A stretch of 64,000 bases of DNA, from assembly GCA_002633005.1 (NCBI GenBank), contig NMRA01000222.1:587635-651634 (forward strand). The letters are read 5' to 3'. This document shows positions 14,401-26,563 of this stretch, one piece after another; the first letter of the stretch is position 1; every line of letters starts with the position of its first letter. The notes below the pieces were generated by a model, which was given only the letters and a program-made list of their open reading frames with translations, was not told the origin of the DNA and ran no database searches. The DNA comes from Phoronis australis (Eukaryota > Animalia > Phoronida). The position numbers were made by a program, and so were the translations under genes.

Positions 14401-15546
14401 ATGGTGGCCAAACTTGGACAAATCCATAGAGCAAACTGCAAGAAAATTGCGAGTCTTGTCAACTCATCCGAAACAATTCAACTCAAGCACCATTACAAGC
14501 ATGGATACCAAGTTCTCAACCATGGGAGCGTATCCATATAGATTTTGCAGGATCCTACGAAAACAAAATGTTTTTCATAGTGGTAGATGCATTTTCTAAA
14601 TGGCCAGAGGTTTTCATCATGAAGCGAACTACAAGTTGGAAAACGATCAGTATTCTCAATTCATTGTTTAGTAGATATAGATTTCCAAAGATCTTAGTTT
14701 CGGACAATGGTCCACAGTTCACTTCCGGTGAATTTAAGAGATTTGTAAGTGAAAAAGGGATTAATCATAAATTAAATCCACCATTTCATCCATCTACTAA
14801 TGGTCAAGCTGAAAGATTTGTACAATCATTAAAACAAGGCTTGAAAGCTGCAAAACCTGAAAGCGGTTCGATTCAAAACAAACTGGATATTTTTTGTTAG
14901 CATGTCGAAATGCGCCGCACAGTACCACAAATGAAACACCAGCAATGCTGTTCATGAAGAGACGTCTAAGAAATCGTTTAGATTTGGTGAAACCTGATTT
15001 CCAAAATCAAATGTCAGAGAAATTGCACAAAATCATGGAAAACAAAAGTAGAGGTTCTCATGTGAGAGTCTTTAATGTTGGTGATAATGTACTTGTGAGA
15101 AATTACATTGGTAAAGAGAAGTGGATACCAGGTGTTATTACATGTCAACTGGTTCCCTGATATATGAGGTACAGGTTAACAGTGGAGTGTGGAAAAGACA
15201 TGTTGATCAATTATTGCATAGAAGTTTCAAATCTGATGATGGTGAATCAGCTGATTGTGAAAGTGTCAAGCCTGACCATGTTGTTATTCCAACTGTCAAT
15301 GATGAAGTGTTTCCAGATGTTAGTCTTGAAGAGTCTAACCATAACAGTGACGTACCAGTAATTGAAAGTGACACTTGTAGTAAACAATTGGTGTCTGGAA
15401 ATGATGACAGAGAATTTGTTGACAGTGAAATGAGTCAATCGGAAGAGAGAGTTGTTGAATCAGATGTTACTGAGAAACCTAATGTTGAATTAAGAAGATC
15501 AACAAGGAATAGAAAACAACCTGTTAGATTTGGATATGATGACTAA
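11453..15546 (+). pseudogene. Gypsy gag-pol polyprotein broken by several frameshifts
   Basis: Two CCHC knuckles (CYRCAKPSHHPDEC, CHKCKKKGHIKVAC), protease DTG, RT YLDD, RNase H TDAS...EREALA, integrase SDNGPQF...NGQAER, spread over ORFs 11453, 13113, 13313, 14568, 14894 and 15121. Confidence 0.93.
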
Positions 15547-15632
15547 TATGTTAGTGTGCATGTAATTGATATAGTGAACTTGATTAGTTTATTTTCTTAA
15601 CAAGAGCCTACTTTATATTTAGTGAGGGAGAG

Positions 15633-15897
15633 TGTTGTGTACTTAGTCACACAATAACAGGATGTTTGTAGGTTGTTATTGTTTATGAGTTTAGTAGTTT
15701 AATTGGTATTATGTCATGCGATTCCTAGTACAGGAAGTGTGTCATAGGTAACGCATCATATGTTGTTATGTAGTTGAGTGTATATATATTGTTGTGATAT
15801 ATAGAATAAATCAGTTCAGTGTTCAGTTCAATTCTGTTCGTTTCACTGCGTAGTTCATGGAGTGTCTAATTTATTTGACAAAGTAAGATACACAACA
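15633..15897 (+). repeat. 3' LTR (265 bp)
   Basis: Direct repeat of 11182-11441, preceded by the polypurine tract at 15621-15632. Confidence 0.96.
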
Positions 15898-18800
15898 CTT
15901 CTAGAGTTCATTAATATGCAACAAGGGCCATGAGTCCACATTTGTTGTCAGAAACCGGCAGGAGGTTATAGACCATACTCTGGTTAATTTGCCTGCTGTT
16001 GATGTGGTAACTAATTGGAGAGTGGATTCTGCACCTTCTTTATTTAACCACAGATACATCAGGTTTGAAGTGGCGACTTTCGTTGTTCCACTATTTACTG
16101 AGTATAGGAACACCAATAAGGTGAACTGGGAACTCTATCGTTCAAAGGTTTCCAAACTCCTTTCTACTCTAGAAACAACAAATACTGCATCAGGACTCGT
16201 TCTGATGTTAACAAATTGCCAGATGACATTAACAATGCCCTGGCCAAGTCACTAGATACATGTATATCCTGTCCCAAACGCTGTATTAAGGTCACTGGGA
16301 AACCAAAATAACAGATTTGGTGGACCAAAGAACTGGCAGCACTTCAGGGTAAGGCAAGTAAAGCTCACAGAGCGGCAATTCGGACTGATACTGACGAGTG
16401 CTGGGATGCATATCATCTTGCCTATCGTATGTTTCAGTCTGCCACACGCAAAGCAAAGCGCAATTCCTGGAGGAATTTCTGTCAGCAATTTAACAGCCTC
16501 TCTGCATCTGCAAGGCTGATGCAATTGCTTAAGAAGAATCACTCCTCCGGACTCGAGGTCATTCAAACAGAGGATGGCTCATACACACGCACCGCCGAGG
16601 AAACACTCGAAGTCATGATGGGTAAGCACTATCCTGATAGTGTAAACCTGTCGAACCAATATTCAAAAGTGACGGACTCCGAGGAGTGTGAACTATTACA
16701 TGTAGCTTATGCTGATGTCGAAAACATAGCCACACCACATTTCGTGGAGTTAGCTCTGAAGTCTTTTAAACCATGGAAGTCCCCAAGACTAGACATGATA
16801 TATCCTATAATGTTGCAAGAAGCTGGGATACCACTATTCCAAATACTCACAGCAACTTACAAAGCCAGTCTTAGACTAGGTTATATCTCCAAAACTTGGA
16901 CTGAAGCTAGAGTAGTCTTCATTCCTTAACCATGGAAGAACTCAATACCTTTTGGCTGAATCATTTAGGCCTATAACCTTAACATCCTTTCTTCTCAAAG
17001 GACTGGAAAGGCTCATTCTGTGGCATCTTGATAAACAAGGAAAACAGAACAAACTACAGAACAATCAGTATGCTTATAGGACTGGCTTCTCTACAGAGAC
17101 CGCTCTACATCATCTGGTTGCTAGACTGGAAAGGGCTGTTTTTAATAAACAATTTGCCCTCTGTGCCTTCATTGATTTTGTTGGTTTTCAGCAATATTAA
17201 CCATGATGCGATCCGAATTGCACTGAACCACTTTAAAATGAATAGATGTCTTACTAGGTGGACCATTAACATGCTTGGAAGTCAATCTGTGACTGCTTGT
17301 CTAGACAATGTGAAAGTGGCGGTTCGCATCACCAGAGGAACACTTCAGGGTGGCGCTGCCTCACCCACCCTCTTAAACATGGTTTTAGATGGTTTGCTTT
17401 GACAATTATCTACTGACATGGGTCCAGGCTTGTATGATAAAGCATATGCAGATGATATTGTTCTCAGTGTGTCTAGCATCGATCCTGACACATGTCGCTA
17501 TCTTGCTCAAAGAGCACTGAATACAACAGCCACATGGGCTAAGTCAGTTGGCTTAGAAATTAGTGGTAGCAAAACAAAAGTGATTATGTTTACTTGGAAG
17601 CTTAAATGGTCAATGCGGCCTTTAACGCTGAATGGTAAACATCTTGATCTTGTAGACAAGGCGACTTAATTTGGTGTCATTTTACACCATCGTCTTTCCT
17701 GGACCCCGCATATTACAGAAAAAATCTCAAAAGCCAAATCTGCATTGGTGAGTTGCAGTCGTGCGGTGGGTAAAACTTGGGGAATGTCCCCCAATAATAT
17801 GTTCTGGATTTATACTGCTGTTATCCGACCTATAATGTCCTATGCTTCGTCGTTATGGGTAACGGCATTAAAACAGATTACAATTATCAACAAACTTAGG
17901 CAGCTGCAACGTCTAGCTTGTCTGCGCATAACCTCTGCTTTTCCAGGAACGCGTTCTGCAGCCCTAAAATGCTAATCGGTCTACCACCACAGAACATATA
18001 CCTTGAGGGTGAAGCTGCATGTGCATGTGCATGTCAGTGGGTGAAAACTAACATCCCTGACTCCGTTGCACACGAAAGCCACAGGAATGTTTGCAATAAG
18101 CTAATGGCCAAGACTGGGCAACTATGGAACATGCCTAGTGATGTCCAGGTCACAGCTTTAAGTCATACAAACAATTTCTTCATGGAAATTGGCGATGGAT
18201 GGCCTACCGCAGAACACAAGAATGAGATGGTTTGTTATACGGACGGCTCTAAACTGGAAAATGGCCAGACAGGTGCTGGGGTCTACTTTCCAAGCCTTCC
18301 TGTTGCAGATGCAGCAAACTGGGTATCGTTAGGCAATCTTGCCACGGTGTTTCAGGCTGAGATCACTGCAATTAATAGAGTTGCTCAACTGGCGCAACAA
18401 TATAACACTGAACTTGGCAATCGGCCAATTACCATCTTTTCAGATAGCCAGGCAGCAATAAAAGCCCTAAAGAAACTAAGGGTTAACTCTCGTTGTGTTA
18501 ATGCTTGTATTAATGAGCTTAACAAGCTTGCAATTGAAAGAACCGTCAATATACGCTGGGTCAGGGCCCATGTGGGAATTGATGGCAATGAGAATGCAGA
18601 CAGACTCGCAAAGATAGGAGCACGCGTTCTGCCTTTTGTGCCTGAACCTGCTATCCCGGTATCTTACGGATGTTGCAGGATGAGTATACATAACTGGGTA
18701 CATACACAGTCAGCATCCCAGTGGGCATCACTTAACTCCTGCAGAGAGACCAAGGAGAATTTTCCCAACCTGATCGAACAAAAAGGTTCTAAAAGCCTTC

Positions 18801-20865
18801 TGAGTCTAGATACATGTAGATTGGGTATAATTTTAACGGGCCACTGCAACTTAGCCCGACACAGACACATTACTGGGCATATGGAGAGCCCTGTGTGTCC
18901 TGAGTGTGGTACTGACGTAGAATCTCACCTGGTAGAGTCTTGCCCAGCTTTTTATAGGCTAAGGAGCAACCTACTGGATGGCACTGTTACATGCCTACAA
19001 CATATAGTGCATGGCAACAAATGGAAACGTCTGTCCGTTTTCCAAAAGGAGACTGGCAGACTTGAAAACTTTCTTCACGAGGAGCCATAATTGGGGTCTC
19101 GTGTCTTTGCTCATGTGTTTTGTGCAATAGGTCCAACCATGAGGCCTGCGCACGTCTGATGCACCACAAATGACATCAGACCACCTGCACTGTTTTTTTA
19201 ATGGTAGCAGTGTTTTCCACATGTGGGAAATCCTTACAAACAACCCATAGTAACCATCTTCAAAAGAGATACTGGGAAACAGTAACATGATTTTATAACT
19301 AACCATCGCAACTAGTCCTTTTGTGTAATTAACAACCAGCGGTTTTCATGTTCTTTAAAATTCCTGACTCACTTTCGATGGCGGTCAACCTTATTGTATT
19401 TTGTCACATTTTTGGTTGTTAGGGTCGAATGTTTTGATACTGCTGTGCTGTGCACGAATGTTTTATGCTTTTGTGATAAATTTGGAATCAAAACTTCCCC
19501 CGTGAATACATGTCAGTATCGGATTTACGTGTATAGAGGGACACGAATGGGACATTTCTCGGAACTGCTCCACCGAGACAGGGTCCCGTTTGAATTGGGG
19601 CACTTTAATTATGAAAAGCTAAACATCATTAAGCTTGGAATAGAGTGAAAGTTCATTCCACCGTCGTGTGTTCAGACGAAGTGACTTTCTTCAACATGAA
19701 AGTTGGCTGCAAGTTTTCTCAAAAAACAGGAAAACAGACGTAATCGAGTCCAACATTGGGTTTTCTCTCCGTGAGCGTACCTTTAAGAATTTGTCAATAG
19801 AAACATAAAAACTGTGGCCACTTGAATGTCAACAGCGGCCTCCTTCAGAAGGGGTCCCTCTCTGTGAAAATATATATATTTTCAAAAAATGTGCAGCAAA
19901 TAATGATATCTGTCATCAATTTCCTTGAGACTTATTTCAGGTAGACAAAAAGCGTTTAACATACTACATTTCTATTTGGAGATGTCACTGATTATAGATC
20001 GAATTTTTCCGGTGTCTGCTTGCAACTAAGTTCAATGAAGCATTTTCATTTCTACAAGATGAGCTTCTGATTGTCAAAAAATCATCTGTCAATCAGTTTA
20101 CTTTCATAGATACATAAACATGTAAATCAGAAACCAACAATCAAATCCATGAGCAATGCGTATACCTTGATTTAATGACTTAATTCTCTTTTGATCCCCT
20201 GTTGGTGAGTTTAAACAACATAACTTGTACAGAAGTCAAAAAGTAAATGTATTTATTGTAAATGAATTGTGAGTAAAGTTAAGGGAAGTTTCCAAATTTC
20301 TTTGAGAGTTATTTTAGATAGGCAAAAAGTGTCCAGGTGCACTTTACTATTTGGCTATCTGATTATAGAGTTTTTCCATATCCAGGCTTCAACTAATTCC
20401 CTCAGTCGTCACCATTTCTTAAAAGACTAGCCTTTAATTGCTAAATATCCTCTATTAACCTGTCGGTCTTCGTAGATACATAACCATGTAAATCAGAAAC
20501 CAACGAATATGTTAATCAAAACGGAAATCAATGTTATAAGCAATATCAGCATCCATGCTTGCAGATTTTTGGCGGGTAACCCAGGGAAAATAGGAGATTG
20601 GGTATTCACCGTGAGGTGTATTTTTGCACATTACAGAGGTGTACAATGTACCTATAACGGTTCACGAGTTTAAATTGACTCCCCCCAAAATGTTGAAATA
20701 TTTGTTTATTATTTTGAGTATTTGAGTACGCTCGTTCGCCCCAATTGTAGCCTCTACAGCAGTGTTTTCCACATGTGAGAAGTCCTTACAAACAACTCAT
20801 AGTAACCACTTTCAAAAGAGATACTATTATTGTGATACTATCGGAAGCAGTAACATTATTTTTTA

Positions 20866-22285
20866 ACTAGAAAGATTATTGTCACGGCGTGCGTATTACT
20901 GGAATTATTATGGGAAGTTATTGACAGCAACCCGTTTACCAATATGAAAACCAATTCTTTAAAATTGTAGGAAAAATAACATATTAATTTTTTGATGACC
21001 TTTCCATTATGAGCCCCGATGAGGGAGTAATTGTTAACACGATTAAAAGTGTGGTTACTGCTAAAAATAACAGATGTTATACTTTAAGCACTTCTGAGTA
21101 CAAGATGAATGAATTGGTCAAACTTTCAGAAGAAAAATGCACCTGATGGGTGCACGCAATGACCTGAAAATTTAGAATTCAAACTCAATCGCACTGAGTA
21201 AACAGATACATGTATGAAATTTTGAAGTCTCCAGCTCAAAATTTTAGTTTGCACTCAGTGACCTTTGACCTATTTTTTGTGATTGGTTAGGCCTATTGCA
21301 AAGTAAAGTACTGTGTTCAGTTGGCATGTTGACCCACACCAGTGTGCTGAAATTGAAAAGAATTCCTTGTAAAACGTGAGATGTAACATTTTGAACGTTA
21401 GATGACCTTTGCACTAATTGACCCTATCCGGTGCATTACAAGCTCTTTTAGTAGAACTAACTGCAAAGTCCGTGAAAAGTATATTTATTGCTGAGAATCA
21501 GAGTTGTCTAACGGTTGACACCTCAGAATACTTGGTGAATGAAAAGGACAAATTTTCAGAAGAAAAATGCACCTAATGACCCCATGTTTTCACTAAATGA
21601 CCTGAAACTTTGGATTTTGAATTGAATTACCTGGGCCAATCAGACTTGTGAATTTGAAGTGTCTAGCTCAAAATTTTAATTTGCACCTAATGACCTTTGA
21701 CCTGTTTTATCTGATTGTATGATTCGATTACTTAGAAAAGTAGTTTTTAAAAGTTGTCATATTGACTTATACCTGTGCACCGAATTTGAAAAAGAAAGCT
21801 TTAAAACTGGAGTAGTAGCATTTTGAAAATTAAATGACCTTTGCACCAAACTACCCCTTCCGGTGCAATATGGAATATGATTATATAACGAATCAAAATG
21901 TATGTACTGTCAGAAATCATATGCTGAATTTTAAGAACGTACCTGCACCCAATTTGGAGATAATAAGACTCAAAGTTGGTCGGAAGAAGAATAAGAAAAA
22001 TGAGAATAAAATTGATGAAAACCCAGGAACAACAGTACTCTGCTCTTGTACGCGCAGAGTAATAAGAATAAGAAGAACTAGAATGATTATTGTCACGGCG
22101 TGACAATAATGGTCTTTGCGCGTGCGTAGTAAAGGAATTGTTATGGGAAGTTACTGACAGCAACCTGTTTACAAATATGAAAAGGAATTCTTTAAAAGTG
22201 TAGAAGAAATTACATGTTAATATTTTGATGACCTTTCCACTAATTGACCTCTTCCGGTGCAATATGAGCCCGGATGAGGGAATAC
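20866..22285. repeat. Helentron/HINE-like repeat, two units in tandem
   Basis: Both units start AACTAGAA-GATTATTGTCACGGCGTG; palindrome ATTATTGTCACG-G-CGTGACAATAAT near 22086-22110; internal duplication of about 430 bp with TGACCTTTGACCT; AAG/AAT microsatellite at the junction. Confidence 0.6.
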
Positions 22286-22739
22286 TTGTGAACTCTAAGT
22301 GTTGTTTCTTGGCTTGTAACAAATTCACCTACAGAAAATGACAAGCTGTTTCAAGGCAACTTGATAAACTGAGGGTCGAGCTATAACAAACTGTCAGTTC
22401 TTTCTAATTCCAGGAATCACTTGTACTTTGAGTAATGAATGGGCCAAGACAATAAATAGTCTAAATCAAGAGTTGGTTTAATTGAAGGAAGGCAGGTTCA
22501 TAGCAGCTTTAACAGCAATGACATAATCACATTAACAATCAAAATGGATTTTCACTGCCGAAGGATTGTTGGTTTACATATATAAAAGGTAGAATGTCAG
22601 ATTTATATGCTGTACGGTAAATGAGTAAGATCAAAAATATAGCCGTGTCATTTTGTATTGACAACAGTCTATATCCACGCCAATCTACTATGCAAAGGTA
22701 ACTTTAAAATTAGAGTCAAATGTTCACTGAAGCAGTGAT

Positions 22740-25700
22740 AGTTCTTTTGATATATCAAATAACATTTGTTGTCATTGCAATACCATTGATCGTCAAGGCA
22801 ATGAACTGGGTGGCCCCTGGAAGTCATGTGTCAAGTTTGTGCACGCCTTATTTTTCTCTCAAGCATCTGCTAAATATGGACACCGGTGGCACTGGAGTAT
22901 AGACCTTTCTTAATCCTTGACAGCATTACTCTTAGATTTCTCACTGAAGTACCTATGTAGCCTGTAATTTTAAGCTATTGCGAAAAGTTAATACAATATA
23001 ATTGAGCACTGAAACACTAAAACCAAAAATACAGTGCAAAGAAAACCACCACTGGGTACAAGTGATGATAACTGTATCTATACCACCAACGGAATGCTAG
23101 TATCAACAAGTGTGAGAGGTTGCAAGTTAGAAAGATGGTGTAAGAACTAATGCACGTATTGCCAAATCTTCATTGCATCATGATAACTTTTGATGGCCAT
23201 TGCCACTTTATGGTTTAAGTGGATCCTAGAGTTCTAAGACAAGAAATTGAACTCATGGCAACATAGTTATGTCCCAAGTGCTACTCAGCAGCCGGTCACA
23301 CTATTATCGTCTTTTAACAAGCAGTAAGAAACCTACATTGAGAGAAAATAGAGTTGCATTTTCACAGAGAAATTTCTGCGGCTATAAACCCTGTTATCCG
23401 CGCAACTTAACTTTTGATTTTAATCACTTTCCTCATTCAGATGAGAAATCAGTTTTGGCCTTGCAAAGAACTGTCAGTTCATTATGGTTGTGACCATGTC
23501 AGGTGAATGAAATGGCATGCTGTGACACGTCAACCTAAAGAAACTCTCAAGTAGTAACAAACTGCTGGAGATTTTCAAGCCCAAAATTCACACCTTATTT
23601 TTATCAAGTAACAATTCGAGATCAATATCATACTAATGGTACATGGTCTAAATAAAAAGTTGGTTTTCGTGACATAAGGCATGCCTATATATACATTAAA
23701 TTCCAATAGAGCGTAGAGTCTTTACAAGAGCAGACACAAACCTTTGACAAAGAAGATAAGGACATGGGTGAACTGCAGCTCTGAATCCCTGCAAGATGAC
23801 AATAGTGGCATTTGTAAGAAGACATTCAGTTTAAAATTTATTCTGAGGCCTCTACACTGAAAACTCAGACATGTATCTATGAATCTGAAACAGTGACATT
23901 GAATCGACAGATGGAATCGTAAAAGGGAAAATTTTCAAAATAAGGTTTTTAGAAATCATAATTGTTCCCCACACCAAACATGATGCAGAGAATTTCAACC
24001 AGCAGCTGGAGTTAGCTTGCATTGTAAGCGAGTTGAAAATTTTCAGATGCAAATTAGTTACATTACAAATGTTCTTTGCTCAACTGGACATCCTCCAAAG
24101 CACTGATACATTAGAATAAAAATTTCACACTAAAGTACTGTTTACACAAACCTAATATAAATAACTCAAATGAAACACTGCTTCGTGCATTTCAATGTAC
24201 ATTTCCATGTTTTAATATGGAACAGCAGCGACACCATCATCTGCGAAGTGCACTCATCCTTCAAAAATGTCTCTAATATTTATCTGGTAAGCTGCTTAGG
24301 TGTAAAAGTCTAGGTCCAAGCTGTTTTTTTAGTAAAAAAAACTCGCTACAGGGGGTTAGTTTGAAAACGCAGATGTAAACGCTTTGATCTATGTATTTTT
24401 GTAAAAAAATCAAAGTGGGGGGTTGCTGGTTTACTGCACGGTGGTAGGGGTAATGCGTTGTCGGAATCACGGATACTCCGAAATATTGGGAAGCCCATTT
24501 TGGAAACCCTGGGTGAATCCCTGAATAGAAATTGAACAGGCTTTAAACAAGGCATGTTTAAATACTGTAAACGAAACAGTGATATCTTTGGTTAGGATTG
24601 TGAGTTGTGAGTTGAATAAAATGTGAAGTGTCACTCCATGAGATATTAAGGAAATGAATGAAACAATACACAAGGTTTATTCAGGTGATGACCAGTCTGG
24701 AACTCTTGCAAAGAAGTTTGTAGAGGGCGTTGTCAAAACCACTCATTCTGAAAGTACAGATGATGAAAGAGGGTTTAAATACAATTTGACTCACTTTACC
24801 AGGAGCAATCACAAGATTTAAGAATGTACTTTCAGTCAATTTGTCACACCTTTATGCTTAAAACAACTTTGATTTAATTACCAGAAGGCAAAATTTGTAG
24901 CTGAGACAGACTTATCCCTCACNAATCTGATAATTTGGGAACATAGACATGTGCTAATAGACACAAAAAACTATTTCTTATTCGATTAGTAACTACTCTA
25001 GCAAAATATGCGCAGCTTTTAGCGACGACATTACCCTGTAATTGTCGATGATAGCGGTGGCCCCTGACAATAACTTCTTCGATGTAACCGAAGTTGATCA
25101 TTCATACTACCGTACACCACAGCATCGACGCTCCGCTTTTCTACTGTGAAGTCAACTGGCACAGTTAACTTCGATTCAGGACCGAAGTTAACACACCATA
25201 CTGACTGCAACTCCCCAAAACATCGCCATGTCTACGTTAGAATGAAAGGGCCTTACCAGTTTTAACTGCATGTTAAAACACTAACATGGTGTAACTAGTC
25301 CGGGTCAGCGTGAATCAGTACTACTACTAGTAGTAGTATTAGAACAAAAACTGAACAGCTGATGGAATTAAGGCTCTTCAAAATGATTTGGGTCCGATGT
25401 ATCCTGACTGAGGTCAGTCACCCATCAGTAAATGCTCTAACCGTGTATACGAGTCATTGAACATTTCACAAACAGCACACTTACTGACTTATACTTGTCC
25501 ATCGAAAGCCTGGTATTGTTCATTTGTTGTAACGTAAAACCTTCACGAGTTCGAACATTCAGTCTTGTCTTAATTGTTTCTCACCTATCGAACGAGTCGC
25601 TTACAGGTACACGGTTTGTTGGTAATGCCGCTTTTTGTACTGGCTAACACGTCTTTTTCTGAATCTCGTAGAGCAGGACGACTGCGTTTCGCCTTCGGAC

Positions 25701-25984
25701 GTACACTTCATAGACCTACTTCTCCCCGCCATATTTGTATAAATTCTGTTGAACTCTAGATCTGTGGCTGAGCATGCGTTGTTGTAATGTTTATAATCTG
25801 TTTAGCATCACGGATACTAAATTCTTTATAAACATTTCATTCGTTTGTAGTATTTACAACGATTTTTTTCAAACTTCTTGCACAAGTTGAAAGTTAATAA
25901 CTTTTTGAACTCCATGTCACATCAAAAAAACGGCTTAAACGGCGTTAAGAGGTTTTTTTCTTCTATAACTCGGACCATAGGCCT
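22740..25984 (-). mobile_element. Heavily decayed Kolobok-type transposase gene with one intact end
   Basis: Terminus TTAA|AGGCCTATGG (TTAA 25985-25988); ATG near 25731. Frame-broken motifs in the expected order: RVPVSDSFDR*ETIK, GNNY...SLFQIHRY, VILAG..SCSSP, GLENLQQ...HNH, RLHRYFSEKSK. Confidence 0.6.
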
Positions 25985-26563
25985 TTAAGATGGATCAAAG
26001 TCAGAGTTATTTGGAGGCGTTACTACGGAATTGATGCTAAGCTTTCTAAAGTTACCACTGAAGCACTACCAATTTAGAGAGTTTTACGAAAAAAAGAGGG
26101 CAGGAGATTCAGTCTCGACCTCAGACAATGGCCCAGCTTCAGTAACTTAATTTAATTTTTATACTGTTCTATGTGTTCGCTTCAAGCACACAAACTGGAC
26201 TCCAATGAGACCAATTCCTCTGTTTACCTAGGTAAACCATAAGTTTAACTGATGAGTTTAAAGGTTCATAATGTAGTCCTAGTTAAATTACACTTGTCAT
26301 GACCATGTTAATTTACGTAAACAGATTGATGAGCATCAATAAATGCTACTCTTGCTGTGTCAATCAATTACCATTCTGAAACCACAGAAGTCTATTCAAG
26401 GAATTCCAACTTCACTTTAATGCCGCTGAGGTTGCGCTGTGATTGCATTTGTTTGTTACGATGTTTGATCTTTCTATGGCGTTTTTGCAACTCATCCGAA
26501 TTACAAGTTTTAACAATAAAATACATGGGTCATGTATTCCAGGGCTAAGACAACTGTTGATAT

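Larger units (their letters stand above)
11182..15897 (+). mobile_element. Full-length Ty3/Gypsy LTR retrotransposon (Mag/K02A2.6-like), frameshifted
   Basis: Two LTRs with TGTTGTGTA...TACACAACA termini; PBS TGGCGACGAG; purine tract AGTGAGGGAGAG before the 3' LTR; gag-PR-RT-RH-IN domain order. Confidence 0.96.
10700..19200 (+). mobile_element. Degenerate non-LTR retrotransposon with APE-RT-RNase H-CCHC (LOA/I-group-like), split by the Gypsy insertion
   Basis: APE motifs IWQINLHRA...VQEP, VSAYMP, CDANSHH, NPRGEAL|LEFI, VIDHTL; RT motifs FRPITLTSFLLKGLER, QGG, AYADD; RNase H motifs YTDGSK, QAEI, SDSQAA, HVGIDGNENAD; C-terminal CPEC...H...C. Many stops and frameshifts. 5' boundary approximate. 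Confidence 0.9.
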
